From contig NC_081396.1 in assembly GCF_030684315.1 (NCBI RefSeq), forward strand, positions 5,518,001-5,582,000: 64,000 bases of DNA, in the 5' to 3' direction. Position 1 is the stretch's first letter. Each line of letters begins with the position of its first letter. The stretch is from Stegostoma tigrinum (taxonomy: Eukaryota). The notes beneath the pieces were generated by a model, which saw nothing but the letters and a program-made list of their open reading frames with translations, searched no databases and had not been told where the DNA came from. This document shows positions 13,620 through 23,217 of the stretch, piece after piece. The translations under genes were made by a program, and so were the position numbers.

Positions 13620-14010
13620 GGTCAGAATGGACACTTGAGGCTTGTCCATGAGAGGTTATCAGAGGAAACGTCCATTTGATTGAAACATACAAACTTTCAG
13701 GCGTTTTCATCCCATGTACATGGAAAGAATGTTCTCTCTTGTTGGTGAACCTTGAACTCAGAATCCCAGCTTGATGATGCAGAGTCGAACATTTAAGACA
13801 GAGATAAAGACCACTTTTTTTTTCAAACACAAGGCAGTGATATTTGGATATTTTAAGGCAGAGTGAGATACATTCCTGATCCTTTAAAACAAAAAGCACG
13901 AGTAGAATGTGGAGTAAATGCGAAACTGAAGAAGTCCGATTAGTGTTGCTTGTTTTGAATTGCTGAGCAGACTTGAGGAGCTGACTCGTGCTGTTAAGCT
14001 GTGACTTCAT
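13620..14010 (+). mobile_element. Decayed CR1-like LINE 3' fragment
   Basis: Remnants of the LIETYK-type ORF2 C-terminal coding sequence and a 3' UTR-like sequence. Confidence 0.45.
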
Positions 14011-14456
14011 AAGAGACGACAGGAAGAATCGAAGGTGTCTGTCTGGTCTCTTCCAGGGTATTGACAATTCGACTAGGCTATCTCACATTTTAACATGCCT
14101 TTCAGCGGCTGCACTGATACTGGCTGATTGAGTCTGAGGTGCCATCCCCCAATTGAGGGTTGAACCTGGTAACAAGTTCAGAGGAATATGAGTGATTTCT
14201 TGGCAGTTATGGAATCCCAGCACATCCCTCTGGGTGCATGGTGGATCGAAGGCTCCATTCGCAGAGGAGGTTCCAATCCCGCCCACTGTACGTCAGACTA
14301 AGGTAGGAGGGCATTTCACATCGCACCAAGGACAGTGCCCTTTACAAATTAACGCAATCATTCTGCTGTATTTCAGTCCAGCTCTGAGACCCTGTCCGAG
14401 AGCAGCTTTCATCTCCCAGTTCAAACAAGTCATGTATCGGACCAGACAATAGCAAA

Positions 14457-14918
14457 ATGGGACTCGTTCTTATCTTCACATTGTGTGCCTATTTACACCG
14501 TAAGTAGAAATCAGGCAACTTAACATTGCCGGCATTTTGTATAAAGCTCCCCGTGTCCATTAAAACAGCAGGCGTTGTATCTTGTCAAGGTCACTTCAAG
14601 CCCATTAATGTATCTCTCTTTAATTTCCAGGATCTTTCAGTCAGTCAGTGGTACAGACGCCGCCAGCAGTAACCACAAAAGAGTGTCAGTCTCTCAACAT
14701 CGACTGTGTTTTCTATGGTGGTTTCTACCGTCGTCCTTTAACTGAAGGGACTTTCTTCAAACAACGCCAGGCTGGATCAGAGCGGGAGCGGGTCTCGGCA
14801 GGGGGGAGGTTTAATGTGAGGATAAATAAAGAAGAAAAGACATTTTCGCTGGAAATTCAGGATGTGAAAGTTGAAGACACCGCCACCTATTATTGCAAAG
14901 CAGAGTACCTTTACGATG
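14457..14918 (+). CDS. NAR-TCR (IgNAR-like) V segment: leader exon 14457-14499, V exon 14631-14918
   Basis: Leader MGLVLIFTLCAYLH, GT at 14500, AG at 14629-14630, in frame. V reads QSVVQTPPAVTTKECQSLNIDC...TFFKQRQAGSERERVSAGGRF...FSLEIQDVKVEDTATYYCKA. It has the IgNAR-like shortened FR2/CDR2 region (ERVSAGGRF) and an extra FR1 Cys at 14684-14686. Confidence 0.9.
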
Positions 14919-14956
14919 CACAATGATGGGGCTCAGCTTCCCGTGACACAAAAAAG
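14919..14956 (+). other. 22/23-class RSS (CACAATG-22-ACAAAAAAG)
   Basis: Follows the NAR V. The best nonamer sits at a 22-nt spacer. Confidence 0.85.
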
Positions 14957-15271
14957 CCCTGTCTGTCCATTATCACAGAAACAGGGTAAAATCCCAACCC
15001 TATCTGCCCTGAACACCCCATACATTCACCTCTCAGTGCCACCTCCACAGTCCTGTTTATATTGGAACTGGAATGACACTGTTATTATCTTCAGTATTGT
15101 AAATGCTGAGTAGTCTGATGGTGATGTCTTTTGTGGGATCGTTGTCAGTGTATCAGTGTTGGAAACAACTGATCCCAGTCAGTAGTCACGGATACTGGAA
15201 GTAATCCATTTCTGAAACTGACAACTGGAGCCGCTGTTTAAACAAAGATTCCATACCTGAGTAATACCAGG

Positions 15272-15343
15272 AGATTTGGTGCTGACTGGAAACACTGTGT
15301 GAATTTTGGGACTTTCACAGTGAATCAGAGCTGATCAAGTAAC
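15272..15343 (+). other. D segment TGAATTTTGGGACTTT (15300-15315) flanked by two 12-RSS
   Basis: 5' side AGATTTGGT-12-CACTGTG (15272-15299). 3' side CACAGTG-12-TCAAGTAAC (15316-15343). Both heptamers are perfect, the nonamers are divergent. Confidence 0.85.
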
Positions 15344-15653
15344 ATGTGCAATTAAAATGCAGATTCTGTAGGCTTGTACCAAATCGTGTATTGGTAGAAA
15401 TCCGAGCCTTTGTTTAATTTTATTTACTTTTCGGATTTCTGTTACAGTTCTTTAACATTGTTCCCAATTTCAACAAAGAGGTCATTCCCCGTTCGTCTTC
15501 TTCAGTCATGTCATGAAGATTTTAGAGTTTCCTCAACAACAGCTTGAAATGCGATGTTATGTCAAATTTGGAATTGTGTATACTGATTCAAATCTCCTCG
15601 ATAACAAAGCCGAGTCAACTAGTGATCTTCACCCAGGACAATGGAGGGTCAGT

Positions 15654-15692
15654 AGTTTTTGCATTGGTGTGTCTGAGAATGGTGTCACTGTG
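15654..15692 (-). other. J-associated 23-RSS (AGTTTTTGC-23-CACTGTG)
   Basis: Exact 23-nt spacer, perfect heptamer, near-consensus nonamer. Confidence 0.92.
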
Positions 15693-15745
15693 TTGGAAGA
15701 GCGCCACTGCAGATGGGTCCGGGACAGAAGTGACTGTTACAGCTG
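15693..15745 (+). CDS. NAR-TCR J segment (WKSATADGSGTEVTVTA)
   Basis: The G-x-G-T-x-V-T-V motif has Asp at the usual Phe/Trp position. A phase-1 GTAAG donor follows at 15746. Confidence 0.9.
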
Positions 15746-17084
15746 GTAAGTGACTCCAAGCACCAATGTATTCAACACTCTCCAGGAAACTGGGTACTGT
15801 CACTGTATTCCTTTGATCTGTAGTTCTTAAACGCAATTTTATCAAGACAAAGTTTTCTAAGGAAGGCTTTAATTGCAATTTTAGATTTGAGCGCAGAATT
15901 AGCAGCATTAGTCAGGTCTGGGGGTGAAACTAGAGAAAAGACTGAATAGGTTGTGTGACTCGATCTTGGATATCCTTGGCCCAAAGGGGACATCAGATGA
16001 TTAAAACCGGCATCCCAGTCCCTCGCAGTCATTCAATTTGAATTGTTTTCAATGGCCTCGGGTTCTAAAACCTCTAACTCGGACTCACACTAGTTGAGTT
16101 GCACTTTCCTGTGAAAATAGCAGCGGAGTCAAAGTGTTCTCTCCTGTGCCAAGGATTTCTGTCTGATCTATCAATGGGAATGAGACACCGGGAAAGGCAA
16201 TTTTGCTCTGCAGTAATTGATATGAGATCTGGAGGGACACAAATTCTAGAGAATGATAAGTAGGCTTCAAAGGTAATGAATGTAATTCTGGCGGAATTTC
16301 ATTTTGGGGCAGTCAGTGATTGAATTTAGTTTTATTTTTCCCAACATTTCTTTCAATTGCTTTGATTTAAGCAATCACCATCTTTCTCCCCTCGTTTTGA
16401 ACAAAGTGTGCGACTGCAAACACACGACCCATAGTAAATATTAATTCTCGAGAGAATGGTGTGGACTTTTCTTCTGCTGGAATCTCAGATTTTGTTACAA
16501 AGTACAAACAGCAAAATTAGAAACTCGTACAACTACGCTTTTTTTTCGAACCAACTCTTTAATTGCTGTAAAGCATATGGGCAACACAATATCTAACTAT
16601 AATATAGATCCCTGCCCGTGTGTGATGAACTGGCTAGTTTTAGTGCAACAAGCCTTTGTCTTCTCTGAGTTTCGAATTCTGGGTCTCTGCTTAGTGATGG
16701 TCAGTTTCAAGATACTGCTGGATTTGTCGCTGCAAGTGTCCCTGATCTGCCTTTTTTATATGTTTCTTTTCCAGTCTTCCAGTGTGTTCGATTTCTTGCC
16801 TTTTTGAGCAAGATTGTCAGAACTCTAAGGTCATTTATCTGACAGTCATATAAACAGGAGACGTATTTATCCATTGTTTGCCTGAACAGACCAGTTATGC
16901 AATTGTGCAACTGCAGACGCGAAATAACCCTGAACATGAGTCATTTGCAAATACCTTGTGTTTTGTTTTAATTCTTCATTTCACAGCAAGCTGATCAGAT
17001 ATTCAGGTGAAAGGGTCAAGGTGGTTGCTTTTCAGTTTGATTTTACACATACATACATATGTATGAATTGAATGCGGACACGGA

Positions 17085-18022
17085 AAGTCTGGGTGGTAAG
17101 ATTGCAGGTGACACTAAAATTGGTAATGTAGTGGGCAAAGTGAAAGGTTACCTCAGAGCACAAACGGACGGTGATCACACGTTTTGATGGATCAAGGAAT
17201 GGCAGGTGGAGTTTAATACAGTTAAAAGAGACGTTCAGCAATTTATTACGGCAAATCACAGCAGGCAGCAGGCTTATGCACTTAATTGTAAAGTCGTGAG
17301 GAGTCCAGCTGAGCAAAGAAAACGTGGAGTGCCGTTCATGCTTCTTTGAAATCCAAGTCGGAAGTAGACAGTGCAGTGAAGAAGGCTTTTCATATGTTTG
17401 CCGTTTTTGGTCGATGCATTAAGTCTGGGAATTGAGAGGCCACATTGCAGCTGTACATGATGTTTAGGTCAGTTTTGGAATATTGCGCTCAGTTATGCTC
17501 TCACTCCTGGAAGAAAATGCTGTGACATGTAAAATGGTTCAGAATAGGCTTAAAAAGATGTTGCCAGGTTTGAGAGTTTGGAGAATAAGGAGAGGCTGAA
17601 TAGGCTGGAGCTAATTTCCATGGACCATCTGAGGGTGAAGGGCTATCGTACAGAACTTCACAAAATCAAAAGAAGCACGGATAGGGTAAATAGACAAGGT
17701 CTTATCCCCGTGGTAAGGGAGTCACAAACTCGAGGAAACGGTTTAAAAGTGACGGGGGAAAGATTTAGAAAGGACCTAAGTGGCATTTTTTTCACTCACA
17801 GGTTTAAGCATGTAGGGAATGAACTGGCAGAAGAAGTGGTGAAGCATGGTGCCATTACAACATTTAAAAGGCATCAGGACGGCTGTATTCACAGGTCAAA
17901 TTGAGAGGAATATGGGACAAATTCTTGCAAATAGTATCTCGTGAATTTAGGACACCTACTCGGAAAGGATGAGTTGGAACAAACAGACTGCTTCCATGAT
18001 GTACATCTCTATGATTCTATGA
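17085..18022 (+). mobile_element. Decayed CR1 LINE 3' part
   Basis: Degenerate RT and C-terminal motifs (GERFRKDLSGIFFTHR) and a tctatgattctatga tail. Confidence 0.8.
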
Positions 18023-18179
18023 CGTTGAAGATGAACTGGTCTGTGTCGAGTCACAGATATATACAGGGCTGCATTTGCTTGTATTGTTGATGTAACTTTA
18101 ATTAAAGTGAGTGCAGCACTTCAGGGATCTAATGAGTAATCCACGCGCTTTGCTAGATGTTTGAAAATGTAGGAGGTCA

Positions 18180-20355
18180 AAGTATTTGCAAAGAGCACGG
18201 AGCACAATGTGAAGAAAGATCAGCAGCCCTGATATTCCTCAATTTTTTGGTCCTATTTAAGGGGGGTATGGCCTCAGTTGTTCAGTTTTTTATACACTTT
18301 TGCACCATCAGCTTTGATTTGTTTTTGTACCACTGAATAAAGGGTTGAGCAGACTTAAAAATCATTTAGAAAGTTTAACAGTTTCCTCTCGAAATTCGGG
18401 CAGTACGAAGAGGCTCCATAGAAATCCTTGAACTTGGGCTGAAGGCCGAATGATATCAATGTGATGAGATTGCTTCTTCCATACGTCGCTCTGGAATAAA
18501 GCGCTGTACAATACATGTCAGCACTGACACAACAGACAGAAATATTCGGAGGAATGCATTTCTACACAAAAAGATCAGAATGTGGAGCTGCTTAAAATTG
18601 GGCCAAGTGTCTCCATGCGGTGATGGAAATCGTTTCAAAATAGAGAAGGGAAAGTGGAAGAAAATAGAAGGAAACGGGAATGAGGTATAAATGTGTCGGT
18701 TGCCATTCGGAATGGAGGAGGCATTTGCAGAGTACAAGAATAGGTGCAGACAATTGCACCCAATGGACTGTACCTGATCTGCAGATTCCAAAACTTGCAA
18801 ATCTGAGAAAACACTTTGCCAGAAAACATAGATGACAGTTGATCAATCCACCAAGGGACTTGAAATTGTCAGCCACCCAGAGAACCCAGCTCTTCGTGGT
18901 GGTGAAACCACAATGTAAATTGCAGTGGCTGAGCCCAAACGCGAATTGTGAGGCTTTGGGACAAATTCACAAGATGGAAAATAACAAATAAATATCATAA
19001 AGTGAGAGGTATAGATTTTGAAACGAAAATACTTCAAAAATGCTCAGGAACGTGAAATAAGCGAGATTGCCTCCATGATTTATTTAAAAAACGCAAAGGT
19101 AGACTGGACCCACAGTGTGGCCATACAAAATTCTCGCACCAGTGCATAAAATAGTATAAGTATCATGAGCGGTCACAATATAATGCATACAGTTTCGTTA
19201 CTTTTATAAAAAGGGACATTGAGGGCAAAATTCAAAGAACTTGTATAAATCCTTAGAACGTGCTTTGGCTCCAGCGAGAATATTTTTTTCAGGTTGGGGC
19301 CAAAGTGAAGACATGAAAGAGCATGCAGAATCCACAAGAATGATTTCACGACCCGGACAAGTCGGAGAGAGAGAGTTGAGTTGAAGAAGTTGGGATTATT
19401 TTTCTTCAAGAATGGAAGTTTGATTTAAAAATAAATGGGCTCAGCATAAAGAATAATGCTGCAAAGGAACGGCAGCTGAGCCCCTTTAAGCTTCTACTGA
19501 TACCTTTTGCCTTTCCGTACTAAAACTGCCTTCAAACACAGGATCTGTATCCCTTTATTTCCTTCCTATTCATGTATTTGTTCAGGTGCTTCTTCAATTC
19601 TGCTGTTATGACTGCTTAAACCATCTCCTCTGGCAGCGAAATCCAGGCATTCTCCACCCTTTGTGTGAAAAACTTGCCTCGCATATCTTCCTAAAGCTCT
19701 CAACCAACTGCCCACGCACACCCCTTCACCCCGGGGCCATCAACTTGTAACCCCTCGTAATTAATATTTTCACTCTGCGAAAAAAGCCACATACTTTCCA
19801 CTCTATCCATGCTATTCATCATCTTAAAAAATCGTCTGTGAATTCACACCATTTCTTTCTACGTGGCAATGAAAACAAACCCACCCAACCAAACTTTCTA
19901 CATAGCTGATATCCCCCATATGAGGCAACAACTTGGTCAACAGTTTGTATATCCGCTCCAAAGAGTTCACATCCTTACTACTTGATGGCCGTATTCAAAA
20001 TCATGAGGAGTCAGAACAGAGCAGATAAAGTGAAACTGTCGCCATTGATGGAAATGTCGGGAACCAAAATGTACTCAGGAACAGAACTGAAAATGGCGAC
20101 TTCAGAAAAAGTAGTTTCAAGGTGAATGATTTTGATCCCGCATGCATTTCCAGATCATAACAGTTTTGCATGGAAAGGCAAACTCGATCAAGGTGTTCAA
20201 GAGGAAATTGGATATTGCTTTGGAATGAAGACTGTTTAAGGCTGCTGGGAGAGAGTAGGAAATGGTAGTCAATGAATTCCTCATTCAGAAAGGCAGCATG
20301 AACATGCCAGGCTGAATAACCTTCTTCTGTGTTGTTACTGTTCTTTGACTCTATT
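18180..20355. mobile_element. Cluster of heavily decayed CR1-like fragments in both orientations
   Basis: Plus-strand RT remnants, a minus-strand 3' fragment at about 19470-19990 (ctttgtgtgaaaaacttgcc) and a plus-strand tail near 20340. Confidence 0.45.
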
Positions 20356-20957
20356 CCCTGATATTCTGAAGTAGCACCCATCCAGGTCAATTACTGCGGA
20401 TGAGTTTTATGACGATTTGTTGGAACTTAGTGTGGTAACACAGCAGAGGTTTTCATAGGTCCAACAATTCTGGAAGCTGGCCATCTTAGTGAGGAGGAGA
20501 AAAACCGATTGAAATATTTTCCCAGATGCACATTTCACCAGAAATACACAAAAAGGCTTTAATAAAATCGATGGAAGCAGACAGCACATCCGGTTATCAT
20601 ACTGTCTGTGGTGCAGGTGCAGGTACTTAGAAAAAGCAACAAGTTTGTTTTCCGATTCTGTGACTTGTGCCTGTTCCCATGGGGATCATTCCCTGTTGCA
20701 GTGCGTTTCCAATACCGGTTTGACTGTAAGTCTAGATTCTGAACTCTCCGAACCCATGCTGGCATTTCAGCCAAATCACTGCAACTCCATGTCAACAACA
20801 AGAAATTGCAACATTTCAATGTTATTTCGTTAATTATGACAAAGACAATTCCAACACCAAGTCAAATTAAGAAAAGTATCTTCATATCAGAAGTGTCTAC
20901 ATGATTGCCAAGTTTCTGCCATAATCAGTGCGAAAAATCTTTTATTTTATTCCACAG

Positions 20958-21267
20958 ATTCCCCATCCCTTGTGTCCCGCAGCCCAGCTGTACAAAGCTC
21001 TGTTACCGGAGACACTGTTACTTTCAGCTGTGAATATTCAGGATTCTGTCGTTACACAGTTTCCTGGTACACGCAGTCCCCAGGAGGGGGTCTGAAATAT
21101 TTGCTTCAGAGCGACACATCAGGAGGTCAGAATGAAGAAATTGCAGCGGGAGGCAGAATTTCTGCTGCTGTTGACTCCTCGACAAAAATCAGTCGATTAA
21201 AAATCTCCACAATACAACTGAGTGACTCTGCTGTGTATTACTGTGCACTGGGTCGGCACACAGCACA
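20958..21267 (+). CDS. Leaderless supporting TCR-delta V segment of NAR-TCR
   Basis: Acceptor ttttattccacAG at 20956-20957 is in phase with the J donor (G|AT = Asp). It reads DSPSLVSRSP...FSCEYSGFCRYTVSWYTQ...SDSAVYYCALG, with canonical Cys/Trp plus an extra CDR1 Cys at 21047-21049. No leader exon was found upstream. Confidence 0.88.
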
Positions 21268-21654
21268 CACAGTGATCGAGAACACGGTCAGAGCAGTACA
21301 AAAACAGAATGGGAATTGTACACAAAATGATACAGAGCATGGAGACAGCTGTAAAATCACATGAACATACTGGCGATTATGGCAGTTATTCAGAGCACAG
21401 CGAAAGCTGTACAAAACCCTGAACAGAATGGGAATCATAGAGAAAATTATGCAGAGCATGTACAAACACATAAATACGCTGGCGATTGGAACACAGTAAC
21501 ACAGAGCACGGAGACAGCTGTACAAAAACCTGACCAGAGTGGGAATTGCAGACAAAATTATACAGGACACGGACAGAGTTGTATAAAAACATGAACATGC
21601 CACAGACTACAACGCCGTAATAAAGAGCATTGATGAAAGAGCCATACAAAAGCC
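21268..21654 (+). repeat. Tandem array of ~7 23-RSS-derived units; first unit is the V's own RSS (CACAGTG-23-ACAAAAACA)
   Basis: Heptamer positions are 21268, 21323, 21381, 21442, 21492, 21553 and 21613, with related spacers and nonamers. The unit at 21492-21530 is CACAGTA-23-ACAAAAACC. Confidence 0.85.
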
Positions 21655-22226
21655 GTCACCGACTGAGGATTACAGATACTGCAATGCAAACAGCAGAGAC
21701 AACAGTACGGAAATAAAAATGCGTGCAGTGCTTTGCAGATGTGTGATGCGGGAAATTTGGGAACCAGATCTGCACAATGTCAATGGCACTAACTGTTTGG
21801 GAATCCAATATATACATCGAAAACGTGTTTTGTTTCAATGAATACATTTGGTATTTTGTGAAACTTGAATTCAATTATCCTTTACTGAAATTTTGAACAC
21901 TGTTATTGGAAAATTGGTCCACGAGACAGATGATTTGTTCTTGTATTTTACACAGGGGGGTGGAAGGAGAAAGCAGATACAATGAGCACATGGAAAATTT
22001 CGCCACGTAAACATATGGGCTAATCAAATGGAGCCCTGGAAAAGCAGAAATAATCATGGGGCTAATTGTATTTAAACTTCAGACATAAGGGATATTGACA
22101 ATGCGACAGATGCATGAATATTTGATTTTAAATTTTTATTTCAGTTTTCGTGTCTAAGAATAAACCTCAGTCGAATTGCAGTTGGACAAATACAATCAAA
22201 GAAGCTTTTTTACATAAAAGCATCTA

Positions 22227-23217
22227 GAACATAGAACATAGAACAGTAGAGCATAGAACAGGCCCTTCAGCCCACGATGTTGTGCCGACCATTGATCCTC
22301 ATGTATGCACCCTCAAATTTCTGTGACCATACGCATGTCCAGCAGTCTCTTAAATGACTCCAATGACCTTGCTTCCACAACTGCTGCTGGCAACGCATTC
22401 CATGCTCTCACAACTCTCTGCGTAAAGAACGTGCCTCTGACATCCCCTCTATACTTTCCTCCAACCAGCTGAAAACTATGACCCATCGTGTTAGCCATTT
22501 CTGCCCTGGGAAATAGTCTCTGGCTATCAACTCTATCTATGCCTCTCATTATCCTGTATACCTCAATTAGGTCCCCTCGCCTCCTCCTTTTCTCCAATGA
22601 AAAAAGTCCGAGCTCAGTCAACCTCTCTTTATATGATAAGCCCTCCAGTCCAGGCAGCATCCTGGTAAACCTCCTCTGAACCCTCTCCAAAGCATCCACA
22701 TCTTTCCTATAATAGGGCGCCCAGAACTGGATGCAGTATTCCAAGTGCGGTCTAACCAAAGTTTTATAGAGCTGCAACAAGATCTCACGACTCTTAAACT
22801 CAATCCCCCTGTTAATGAAAGCCAAAACACCATATGCTTTCTTAACAACCCTGTCCACTTGGGTGGCCATTTTAAGGGATCTATGTATCTGCACACCAAG
22901 ATCCCTCTGTTCCTCCACACTGCCAAGAATCCTATCCTTAATCCTGTACTCAGCTATCAAATTCGACCTTCCAAAATGCATCACCTCGCATTTATCCAGG
23001 TTGAACTCCATCTGCCACCTCTCAGCCCATCTCTGCATAGTGTCAATGTCCCGCTGCAGCCTACAACAGCCCTCTATACTGTCAACGACATCTCCAACCT
23101 TTGTGTCGTCTGCAAACTTGCTGACCCATCCTTCAATCCCCTCATCCAAGTCATTAATAAAAATTACAAACAGTAGAGGCCCAAGGACAGAGCCCTGTGG
23201 AACACCACTCACCACAA
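22227..23217 (-). mobile_element. Young 5'-truncated CR1 LINE
   Basis: Uninterrupted ORF with SGVPQGSVLGPLLF and KFADD RT motifs, a (tagaaca)n tail, and a candidate TSD catcta at 22221-22226 and 23218-23223. Confidence 0.95.

Noticed and set aside
15126-15160. Possible second D segment (nonamer-like gtcttttgt)
   Set aside because: No valid heptamer at a 12- or 23-nt spacing.
21268-21654. RSS array as a CRISPR-like repeat-spacer array, or ORF 21361-21594 as a protein
   Set aside because: The context is a vertebrate locus, the linkers are themselves repeated rather than unique, and there are no cas genes. The ORF is a by-product of the repeat.
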